Origin: a virus
DNA: 49,779 nt
Reading direction: 5' to 3' (one strand)
IMG/VR virus record: IMGVR_UViG_3300047178_000244
Location: 1-49,779 of that record
Shown here: in pieces, positions 24,068 to 31,620 of the stretch
Numbering within the stretch: position 1 is the first letter of the stretch
Layout of the letters: each line of letters begins with the position of its first letter
Notes under the pieces: model-generated
Databases searched by the model: none
Told to the model about the DNA's origin: nothing
The model's input: the letters and a program-made list of their open reading frames with translations, nothing else
Translations under genes and position numbers: made by a program

Positions 24068-24652
24068 TTAGCGGCGGTTGCCGGTGCGGGATGCCGCCTC
24101 GCGGGCCTTCTGCATGGACGCGACCATGTGGCTTTCGGCAGCCGCGCCACGGTTGGGTGCGCCGCCGCCGAGCTGCGGGTTGCGCTCCGACCGTGCGGAC
24201 GATGCCGGGCTGGACGTCGCGGCGGCCGGAGCCTCGGCGAGCAGGCCGGTGATTGCCTTCGCGCTCAGGTTCGTGGTCGCGAGCAGCTTGGCGCCCATGG
24301 CCGGTGCCCTGGCGAAGGCCTTGTTGCCCAGCACGGCGGCCCAGCGGGCGCGCTCGGCGGAACGGGCCGACTTGGCGTCCCTCTTGTCCTTGCCGTCGTC
24401 CTCGTCCTCGTCGGACTCTTCCATGTCGGCGTCGGAACCGTCGTCCTCGTCGTCGGCCTTCGCCTTCGACTTGGCCTTCGCCTTCTTGGACTTCTTGTCG
24501 TCCTCTTCCTCGGCGTCCTCGTCGGGGTTCTCGTCCTCGCGGTCCTTGTCCTTGTCCTCGGACTCGGCGCGCGCGCCGGAAGCCGGAAGGGCGATGCCGG
24601 AGAGGTGGGCGAAAGAAACGGCCGTGGCGTCGGCTTCGGTCGGGAGCGGCAT
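24068..24652 (-). CDS. Scaffolding protein (Nu3-like) with an extreme acidic low-complexity tract
   Basis: Acidic tract: ESEDKDKDREDENPDEDAEEEDDKKSKKAKAKSKAKADDEDDGSDADMEESDEDEDDGKDKRD. It is followed by ERARWAAVLGNKAFARAPAMGAKLLATTNLSAKAITGLLAEAP, a motif usually found after S49 prohead proteases. Confidence 0.65.
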   Translation of the reverse strand: MPLPTEADATAVSFAHLSGIALPASGARAESEDKDKDREDENPDEDAEEEDDKKSKKAKAKSKAKADDEDDGSDADMEESDEDEDDGKDKRDAKSARSAERARWAAVLGNKAFARAPAMGAKLLATTNLSAKAITGLLAEAPAAATSSPASSARSERNPQLGGGAPNRGAAAESHMVASMQKAREAASRTGNRR

Positions 24653-24667
24653 CTCAGGTTCCTCGAT

Positions 24668-25561
24668 TTACTTCAGGGACGCCGCGAGGGCGCGGAATGC
24701 CGCGTCGGGGCTCATCACATCGTCAGCGTATCCGACCGCGACTCCATTCCCGCCGAGGTACGTGAGGGCCTGCGTCTTGCGGACGTCGGAAGCCTTCATG
24801 TTCCTGTTGCGGGCAACGGTCTCGATGAACATGTCGCCAAGATTGTTGACGTCCGCTTGGAACCTCTCGAGCGCGCCTTCGGACAAGGGCTTCATCGGAG
24901 AACCGTCGGCCTTGTGCTCGCCGCACGTGATCAGGGTTACGGAAATCCCGGCCTTTTCGAGCGCCGCAGAGAAATCCGTGTGCATGCAGATGACGCCGAC
25001 GCTGCCGGTGCCGCCCGTTCGGGGAACGGTGATGCGGTCGCAGGCGCTGGCGATTGCGTAAGCCGCCGAATACGCGGACTCGTTCAGCACGGCCCACGTG
25101 GGCTTCATGCCGCGGGCTGCGTAGACCGTGTCGGCGAAGTCGAAGCAGCCGGACACCTCGCCGCCGGGCGAGTCGATGTCGAACAGGACGCCCTTGACCG
25201 CCGGGTCCACCAGGGCGCCCAGGAAGGCGGTGCGCAGCGCGTCGTAGCCGGTGCCCCAGTATGAGTACGGCGACATGTAGCCGCACCGCTGCATCAGGGT
25301 GCCGCGCACCGGGATTACGCCGACGTCGCCCACCACGGTGTAGCCCTTGTAGTCGCCCCAGGCCTTGGCGGACGTATGGTCATCGCCGTCTTCGAGCTCG
25401 GCGCGGCCGCGCAGCGGGACTAGACGGCCGTCCGGCCGACGCATGCTGCCGCCGCCAATCTGGGCCGCCAGCGCAGCCACCAGGACCTCGGCGTGGTCGC
25501 CGCTGACGGCCCACGGCCTATTAAATAAGCGGGCGGCGAGGAAATCGGACCGGGAAGACAC
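24668..25561 (-). CDS. Prohead maturation protease, S49 (SppA/lambda gpC-like)
   Basis: Family signatures: VLFDIDSPGGEVSGCFD, SAYSAAYAIASACDRI and GGTGSVGV. GTG start. Confidence 0.9.
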   Translation of the reverse strand: MSSRSDFLAARLFNRPWAVSGDHAEVLVAALAAQIGGGSMRRPDGRLVPLRGRAELEDGDDHTSAKAWGDYKGYTVVGDVGVIPVRGTLMQRCGYMSPYSYWGTGYDALRTAFLGALVDPAVKGVLFDIDSPGGEVSGCFDFADTVYAARGMKPTWAVLNESAYSAAYAIASACDRITVPRTGGTGSVGVICMHTDFSAALEKAGISVTLITCGEHKADGSPMKPLSEGALERFQADVNNLGDMFIETVARNRNMKASDVRKTQALTYLGGNGVAVGYADDVMSPDAAFRALAASLK

Positions 25562-25607
25562 GGGGCGGCCTCGGACGGGTTGCTACCCGCCCAGGATGCC
25601 CCCCGCG

Positions 25608-25618
25608 GTCTCCGATCC
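25608..25618 (-). promoter_or_regulatory. Late-module motif GGATCGGAGAC (copy between portal and protease genes)
   Basis: It lies in the 100-nt portal-protease spacer. Confidence 0.4.
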
Positions 25619-25661
25619 GGGCGGCCTACGCGCTCTGACGCAATGCGTTCGGGCCCGAGGA

Positions 25662-27416
25662 TCAGTCCGGCTTCTCGTCTTCCTGGAGGTCCGTGGCGCC
25701 CTTCTTGGCGTCCGCAGGCGCGGTCCCGGACCAGTCCGGCGGCGTCATGTTGCGCTCCTTGAAGAACGCGAGCTCGACGGCCCTCTGCTCCACGTTCTCC
25801 TGCCAGTCGCTGCCGTTTTCATCGGCGCAGACGTCGCGCAGCGTCCTGATTCCGGCTTCCATGCCCAGGACTTCCGCCTGCCTTTCTTTCACGCCATCGA
25901 TCACCCCCGCACCCGGCCCGCGCCAGCCGCAACGGGAGTAATACTCGCGCGCCTCGACGAAATCCGGGGCACCGGCGGGCAGCGGGACCAGTCCGCGCTC
26001 GTGAACCTCCTGCAGCCAGACGGCGTAGTGCTTGTTCGCGAAGCTCGTGTTGAACTCGGTCACCCTGCGGCGCGCGGTCTTCTCCGTCTGAGCGAAAGCG
26101 GCCCGGACAGAGCTGTAGTTGACCTTCGAGAAATCTTGCGTGAGCCCCTCGAACGGAATGTTGAGTGCAGAGGCCGTGTTCCTGAGCATCTCGGCGGCAA
26201 AAGGCCCAAAACCTGCGTTCGGCCTCTCCGCGGTGACGGTCTCGATGGACTCACCGGCGGCCAACGTAGGGATGGATACCCCGTTCATCTGCGGGCGGCG
26301 CTCCTCATGGAAGGCTGCCCGGTAATCCTGGTAGGCACCCAGGCCGCCGAGATTCAGGCCGTCGCCCGTTGGGCTCAGCTCGTCTTCTGCCAAGGCCGGG
26401 TCGAAAGGGCTCTTGATGAAAAGGCCGAACATGCTGGCAACGGTGGCCGCCTGCAGCTCCACGCCGTAGTATTTCGACAGCATCTTCATGCGACCCATAA
26501 CGGGCGTGAAAACGCCAACTCCCCTGTGCGTGTCAGCCCTGTTGCGGACGGTGTGGTGCAGCACGCGCTGCCAGCCGTCGTCGTCCTCACGCTCCACGCG
26601 CTCCCAGATGTAGGAGTCCGACATGTCGTAGAAGCTGTTGGGCTCGCCCTTCCGCATCCAGTATGCCTGCGGCGCGCCGCGGCGCTCGTCGAGCTCGATG
26701 CCGCCGCGGAGGAACTGGTGGTCCATCTGCTGGAAGGGATTCGACAGCCGGTCCGGATCGATGATCTGCAGCGAGGTGGCAAATTTCGCGCGGCCGCGCC
26801 CGATGTCCTCGGGGAACCACAAGTGAACCCCGAGCGCCTCGCCGTCGACGAGGTAATGCCAAAGCGCCTGCCTAAATTGTTGCGTGGTCGTCAGTGACCG
26901 GTGGACGTCGTTCCAGTGCCCGTTGGACTCCGAGTAGGCACGCCACAGGCTCTCGACCGTTTTCCGGTATTCGTTAGCCCATACTGCGTCGAAGCCTGGG
27001 CCGAACTCGCGCGACAGGCTGATGTAGTCAGGGGTACAGGTCAGCCGGTATGTGCCGCCGAGCAGCGCGTCCAGCATCCTGTCAATCCCGCCGCCCGCCC
27101 AACCGTCGTTGCGCACCAGGTCGCGGCTGCGGGCCACCATGCGGTCGCGGTAGAGGTTCGTTTCGGCGTCCGGACCTTTTACAACCGGCAGCCACTCGGA
27201 CATTTCCTGCGTAGAGACGGCGGCCGCATCATACGGATACGCAAAACCCTGCCAGCCGCCCTGGAGTCCCGCCTTGTGCTTGGGGCGCACGGTGTCCGCG
27301 ATGGGGACGATGCCGCCGTTCCCGATCGTGGGTTCGCGGCGCGGCTGCGCGGGGGTGCTTCCCGGGATGATGAGGCCGCCGATGCGGCTGATAATACCCA
27401 TTTTCGTGAACCTCAA
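25662..27416 (-). CDS. Portal protein, lambda gpB family (start TTG 27416 or ATG 27401)
   Basis: LYRDRMVARSRDLVRNDGWAGGGIDRMLDALLGGTYRL is typical of lambda-type portals. 584 aa. Confidence 0.9.
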   Translation of the reverse strand: MRFTKMGIISRIGGLIIPGSTPAQPRREPTIGNGGIVPIADTVRPKHKAGLQGGWQGFAYPYDAAAVSTQEMSEWLPVVKGPDAETNLYRDRMVARSRDLVRNDGWAGGGIDRMLDALLGGTYRLTCTPDYISLSREFGPGFDAVWANEYRKTVESLWRAYSESNGHWNDVHRSLTTTQQFRQALWHYLVDGEALGVHLWFPEDIGRGRAKFATSLQIIDPDRLSNPFQQMDHQFLRGGIELDERRGAPQAYWMRKGEPNSFYDMSDSYIWERVEREDDDGWQRVLHHTVRNRADTHRGVGVFTPVMGRMKMLSKYYGVELQAATVASMFGLFIKSPFDPALAEDELSPTGDGLNLGGLGAYQDYRAAFHEERRPQMNGVSIPTLAAGESIETVTAERPNAGFGPFAAEMLRNTASALNIPFEGLTQDFSKVNYSSVRAAFAQTEKTARRRVTEFNTSFANKHYAVWLQEVHERGLVPLPAGAPDFVEAREYYSRCGWRGPGAGVIDGVKERQAEVLGMEAGIRTLRDVCADENGSDWQENVEQRAVELAFFKERNMTPPDWSGTAPADAKKGATDLQEDEKPD

Positions 27417-29086
27417 AACATCGGGCGGATGGGGCGGCGTTTACGGACGAGCCCGAGTGCGCCAGCCAAATCGCGAATTCTCTTCCGTAAACCGTCGGCA
27501 TTTGCGCTCGTGTAGGTGACCGACTTCCCACCCGCGCCCTGGCTGTAGGAGATGTTGACCTCCCTCTGGCCGCTCTCCAGGTCCTGGAGGGCCGCCTGGG
27601 AGTCCGCCAGCCATTGCTGGAGGGTCGCCACGGGCACCCCGATGTATTCGGCCGGGACCGTGGGCCTGTTCCAGGAGCCGGTGCAGCCGCCGATGAAGTC
27701 CCATCCCTGGGGCTGGAGGGTCGCCGGTGCCGCGAGGACCGCGAGGCCCGCCCCGATGGCGCCTGCGCCGACCGAAAGGTTCGCGGGGTTGCCATAGAAA
27801 TCCGTTATAGTAATGGGGGTAACGCCAGCCGTAACAGCGACCGTTATCCCTGTTATCGTAACGCTCCCGGAGACCTCGCCCTGCGCCTGGGGGCTGTAGA
27901 CGAAGCCCAGCATCGGGCCGCTCGCGTATGCAAGAGGCACCTGTGCACCATTGGAGAGCACGAGAGACACGGCAGCGCCGGGAGCCACCACGACGGGCTT
28001 GCTGAAGCTGACCCGGACCTCCGTAGATCCGCCGCCCAGGCTGACGGTAGTGGTGGTCGCGACCGCGCCGGTGACCACGGCGGCCGTGCCGTCGAGCAGG
28101 ACGTCTGGAAGCAGCGCGGAGACGTAGGCCGCACCCCAGAGAGGGTTCCCAGACATGTCCGTGATGCTCGCACCGGCGGCCAGGACGAGCGCGCCGACCT
28201 GCAGCTGGCCCGGCGCCTGACCGACGGGAACGGCGACGCGGAAAGCGAGCCGGGTCGAGGTGGTCTGGGTCAGATCGGCGGCCGCCACGCCAGCCGATGT
28301 CGCCAGGGTGAGGATGCCGACGGCGACGCACGGCTTGCTGAGGCCGAGGAAGATTTCGATTTCCTGGGCAGCACCGTAGAGCCCGGCCTGCGCCGAGATG
28401 GTGCCGACCTTGGGCATGACCCCGTCGATGATTACGCCAGCCAAGGAAACAGCCGCGCCTCCAAGGACAAGCGGGTTCCCGGCTGCGTCGGTGAGGCCCG
28501 CGCCGGGGTTCAGGAAAGAGACGGCCAGCGGGTTCGCCGACATGCCCCATTGAACCGTCAGATCGAAGCGCAGGTTCTGGCTGGTGCTGCCGGTGGGATT
28601 GTAGACGGCCGCGCCCACGCCCGTGAACAAGACCGGAGGCTGCGCGGCGTCCACGAGGCGGACCGGGGTGGACGTCGCGACGTAGATCGGGATTACGGAC
28701 TCGCCCGAGTAGGTGCCCGCGGCTGCGCTGACGCCGGTGATCGTGGGCAGCGCGGCGGCCGCATAGACCCCGTTCAGCACGCCAGCGGTGACGCCTCCGG
28801 AGAGCGGAAGCCCGGTCGCCACGGAGACGATTGAGCCGCCGTTGAGGGCGAGGTCCGTTACGGCCAGCTGCACGGCGAGCCCGGCTGGAACGAGGAACGC
28901 GAAGACGGCGACCGCGCCCTGCTGCGACGAGAAGGATGCCGCGCCAGCGTTCAGGTCTAGCGATGGCGACGGTCCCAGCAAGGAAACCGGTGCCGAGAAG
29001 GTTACGGAAATCGGGATGACCGAGCCTGCGCGGTAGTTTCCAGCCGGTGCGGTGACGCTGAGCACGGTGAGCGGGCTGCCGGACAC
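27413..29086 (-). CDS. gpW-like head-tail joining domain fused to four tandem Ig-like repeats (557 aa)
   Basis: The C-terminal 70 aa, VATLQQWLADSQAALQDLESGQREVNISYSQGAGGKSVTYTSANADGLRKRIRDLAGALGLVRKRRPIRPMF, align by eye with lambda gpW (..AALHDLMTGKR..VEFTATSVSDLKKYIAELE..RRRGPAGF). Upstream are four ~111-aa repeats, each starting (V/I)xxxxAxAGxYxxGxxIxI and ending xLxxGxxIxDxxGNPL. GTG 29086 has AGGAG 7 nt upstream. Confidence 0.75.
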   Translation of the reverse strand: MSGSPLTVLSVTAPAGNYRAGSVIPISVTFSAPVSLLGPSPSLDLNAGAASFSSQQGAVAVFAFLVPAGLAVQLAVTDLALNGGSIVSVATGLPLSGGVTAGVLNGVYAAAALPTITGVSAAAGTYSGESVIPIYVATSTPVRLVDAAQPPVLFTGVGAAVYNPTGSTSQNLRFDLTVQWGMSANPLAVSFLNPGAGLTDAAGNPLVLGGAAVSLAGVIIDGVMPKVGTISAQAGLYGAAQEIEIFLGLSKPCVAVGILTLATSAGVAAADLTQTTSTRLAFRVAVPVGQAPGQLQVGALVLAAGASITDMSGNPLWGAAYVSALLPDVLLDGTAAVVTGAVATTTTVSLGGGSTEVRVSFSKPVVVAPGAAVSLVLSNGAQVPLAYASGPMLGFVYSPQAQGEVSGSVTITGITVAVTAGVTPITITDFYGNPANLSVGAGAIGAGLAVLAAPATLQPQGWDFIGGCTGSWNRPTVPAEYIGVPVATLQQWLADSQAALQDLESGQREVNISYSQGAGGKSVTYTSANADGLRKRIRDLAGALGLVRKRRPIRPMF

Positions 29087-29135
29087 GTGAGAGCTCCTGC
29101 CGCAGGAAAGGGCGTTCCCAGCGTAGCGGCAGGCG

Positions 29136-29145
29136 GCTCCGATCC
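29136..29145 (-). promoter_or_regulatory. Late-module motif variant GGATCGGAGC (copy upstream of the Ig-gpW gene)
   Basis: It is intergenic, 6 nt after the HTH gene stop. Confidence 0.35.
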
Positions 29146-29151
29146 GGTCGG

Positions 29152-29370
29152 CTACCCGGCGCGGACGCGGCGACGCCAGCCGACCGGCGGCGGCAGATCG
29201 CCGTGGGCTGCTACCAGGCTGCGCAGCCATTCTGCTACAGCAGGCGGCACGGTGCGGTCTGCGGAAACCCATCGGCGCACGAGACGATCATCAGCATCGA
29301 GCGAGGCGGCGAGCCAGCGCATCGACCAGCCGAGCGCATCGAGGCATTTCACGAGTTCTTCGGGGGGCAT
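29152..29370 (-). CDS. Small HTH regulator divergent from the antisense island
   Basis: 72 aa: MPPEELVKCLDALGWSMRWLAASLDADDRLVRRWVSADRTVPPAVAEWLRSL (HTH-like). AAGGAG RBS precedes ATG 29370. Confidence 0.65.
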   Translation of the reverse strand: MPPEELVKCLDALGWSMRWLAASLDADDRLVRRWVSADRTVPPAVAEWLRSLVAAHGDLPPPVGWRRRVRAG

Positions 29371-29546
29371 TTTAGGGTCTCCTTTTCCTGTTCCGATGGT
29401 CCCTACCCGCGAGGCACGAGTCAAGACTCTTGAATGTCTGACAACAGGTTTGACAAATCGAACGCTGCGTCAAACGCAGGTAAGCCATGCGCGAAACGGA
29501 TAAACGACTTGCTCGCATTCTGCCGCACCAAGGGGGACTATAAATG

Positions 29547-29581
29547 CAGAGGCGGACACGAACCCCACCGCCACGGAGAGA
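29547..29581 (+). repeat. Conserved 5' leader element copy 1 (CAGAGGCGGACACGAACCCCACCGCC-ACGGAGAGA)
   Basis: 26 nt are identical to 30415..30440, and a shared ACGGAGAGA RBS block follows. It contains the hairpin GGCGG-12 nt-CCGCC and ends 5 nt before ATG 29587. Confidence 0.85.
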
Positions 29582-29586
29582 GCATC

Positions 29587-30249
29587 ATGAGCCACGCTTA
29601 CGAAATCGGCGCGAGTGAGGAGATGGACCGGCTGAAGCTGGTTTTCGAAGATGCAGCGTTCGGCGTGCGGGCGATGCAGGGTGTAAACCGCGTGGGCGGT
29701 CGCCGCGACGCTTCCGGCAAGACGACACACTACGTTTTCCCGCCGGAAGTCAGGGGCGACGTCGAGGCGGCGATCGCGAAGGCCGTGGCTCGCGAGGAAG
29801 CGCAGCGCGTCTGGGAAGCTGCCGCTCCGCAGCGCGAGGCCGAGGCCAAGGCGGCGCAGAAGCGAGCGAAAGCCGAGGCGAAGGCAGCCGCTGACGCCGC
29901 GGTAACCGCAGAAATCGGGAAATGGACTCAAGACGGCGCGGTTTGCTTCCTGCGGATTGAATACGCGAAGGGCGCTCCGCTGAAGCTTCGGGCGGCTGGA
30001 GCAAGCTGGGACTCTATCGGCAGCGTCTGGGTTTTCCCGTTCTCCGCCCGCCCGGCCGTCGAAAAGCTGCTGCCGAAGCTGAAGGATCTGGCCATGAAGC
30101 AACGCAAGCGCGATGCACAGAGCGCCCGTGGTCTGCTGGATCTTAGCGACGACATGCTTGAGCAAATGGCCAACGATGGCGTATTGGGCAACGACATAAA
30201 CGCGAGCGGCGCCGATCTCCGCCGCGAGATTCGAGCTTGCCGCATCTGA
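29587..30249 (+). CDS. Island gene A: hypothetical protein with Ala/Lys/Glu-rich linker and a DUF5710-like C-terminal motif
   Basis: 220 aa. VCFLRIEYAKGAPLKLRAAGASWDSIGSVWVFPFSA resembles the Y-x-x-K-x-x-x-K-x-x-GA-x-WD-x-x-x-K-x-W-x-VP domain. GGAGAG RBS precedes it. Confidence 0.6.
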   Translation: MSHAYEIGASEEMDRLKLVFEDAAFGVRAMQGVNRVGGRRDASGKTTHYVFPPEVRGDVEAAIAKAVAREEAQRVWEAAAPQREAEAKAAQKRAKAEAKAAADAAVTAEIGKWTQDGAVCFLRIEYAKGAPLKLRAAGASWDSIGSVWVFPFSARPAVEKLLPKLKDLAMKQRKRDAQSARGLLDLSDDMLEQMANDGVLGNDINASGADLRREIRACRI

Positions 30250-30269
30250 GCGGAGCAATCGAAGCAATG

Positions 30270-30300
30270 GGGCCGCTTCCGAGAACGGGGCGGCCCTTTT
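30270..30300 (+). terminator. Rho-independent terminator after island gene A
   Basis: GGGCCGC-13 nt-GCGGCCC followed by TTTTG. Confidence 0.7.
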
Positions 30301-30414
30301 GCTGTCCGGAATTTGCGTGGACAATTCGTATACTGCAACTAGTGCATACCTGGATATTGCGGCAAGCATGAACGTGAACTTTGCCTCCTGCCGCATTTTG
30401 AGGGACCATCGGAT

Positions 30415-30450
30415 CAGAGGCGGACACGAACCCCACCGCCCACGGAGAGA
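30415..30450 (+). repeat. Conserved 5' leader element copy 2
   Basis: Same as 29547..29581 with one extra C. It ends 5 nt before ATG 30456. A shared TGCCGCA box lies upstream (29521 and 30389). Confidence 0.85.
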
Positions 30451-30455
30451 ACGTC

Positions 30456-30893
30456 ATGACCGACATCATCGCCGACGGACCCGTAGCCGAAGTCGTGCAG
30501 CAGCTGGTTGTGGACATCGACCACGCCCACGACTGGACCCTCGACATCAACTTGGCTGTCGCCAGGTCGGCACGTGCGCTCCAGACCATGACGAAAGCCG
30601 ATTGCGGGGCATATGCCCGCTACTACGCAGTGACAATCCTGGACGCCCTGGAAGCCTGCGATGCGCGCATAGGCAACCCGCAGCCCGAAGGCACGCTGGA
30701 GTGGATACTCAACGGCATGCCACCTGCCGATGGCTTCTGCGAGGCAGATCTTGTAGCTCGCGGCGCGCTGTCCTCGCTCGTGGGCGCGCTGGAAAACCTC
30801 AGGTCCGAAGACGGCGGGCGGAACGATTTCTACGCCCTGGAGAGCCGTTGCGCCGATGCGGCGCTCGTGAGCTGCCTGCCCACCGCGGCATAG
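30456..30893 (+). CDS. Island gene B: hypothetical acidic protein (145 aa)
   Basis: The ORF is preceded by the conserved leader and a GGAGAGA RBS. I recognise no motif. Confidence 0.6.
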   Translation: MTDIIADGPVAEVVQQLVVDIDHAHDWTLDINLAVARSARALQTMTKADCGAYARYYAVTILDALEACDARIGNPQPEGTLEWILNGMPPADGFCEADLVARGALSSLVGALENLRSEDGGRNDFYALESRCADAALVSCLPTAA

Positions 30894-30964
30894 CATCGGC
30901 GACCAAGGACAGCCCGCCGAGGCCCGCCACCGGACACGGGGCGCGCCTTTTTCATGCCATAAAG

Positions 30965-30981
30965 GGTGCACACATGCATCG
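30965..30981. promoter_or_regulatory. 17-nt element GGTGCACACATGCATCG upstream of island gene C
   Basis: Identical to 44935..44951. It contains TGCA-CACA-TGCA. Confidence 0.45.
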
Positions 30982-31032
30982 CCAGCGCTATCATTGGCGC
31001 AAGGGTGCAAGCCCACGGACCAGGAGGACTAC

Positions 31033-31620
31033 ATGACCAGCCTTCCCGACTACGAGATGGGGTTCATCAACGGCGACAGAGGATGCCCGCCTGTTCCCCA
31101 GTTCTCCCCCGAGTTCAGGCGCGGGCATGATCACGGTGTCGCCCATAGAAAGTATCGCCAGGATAAGGAAGCGGAAAACATTTCGGCGGCGGCTGCCCGC
31201 AAGGCCGCAGGCGACATTTTCAGCAACGGAGTTCGCCTGTCCGATGGCCTGATTTATACGGCAGAATGGGACCGCGACGGCTGCGACAGGCAATTCCTAG
31301 CCGGATACCACACCTTCGATATTTACCGGCAGGATCGACAGAACGAGCGCGACTATTGCGGCACGATGCATGTAGTCGCCAGGGACGACCTCGGCCTTAT
31401 AGCCTTCTACCCGGTCGAACGCTTCTGCCACGCAGAGGATTACGTCGCTCCCGAACCCGAACCCAAGCCGAAGCGGCCATCTGGTTCCAATGCCGACGAT
31501 TGGGTGCTTTTCCTCGACGAGAACCTTCGCATCGAGAACGGCCGCATCAGCGGTATCGGTTACCTAGCTGTGCAGATCGCCGAGGCGCTGGATTGCTTAA
31601 AGACGATAGGGGGCGCGTGA
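31033..31620 (+). CDS. Island gene C: hypothetical protein (195 aa)
   Basis: AGGAGG lies 6 nt upstream of ATG 31033. GC is lower than the surroundings. Composition is rich in D/R/Y/F. I recognise no motif. Confidence 0.6.
   Translation: MTSLPDYEMGFINGDRGCPPVPQFSPEFRRGHDHGVAHRKYRQDKEAENISAAAARKAAGDIFSNGVRLSDGLIYTAEWDRDGCDRQFLAGYHTFDIYRQDRQNERDYCGTMHVVARDDLGLIAFYPVERFCHAEDYVAPEPEPKPKRPSGSNADDWVLFLDENLRIENGRISGIGYLAVQIAEALDCLKTIGGA

Noticed and set aside
24400-24560. GAC/GAG/GAA-rich periodic DNA that looks like a tandem repeat or VNTR.
   Set aside because: It is the coding sequence of the acidic low-complexity tract of the scaffolding protein. The reading frame is maintained and the periodicity is at codon level.
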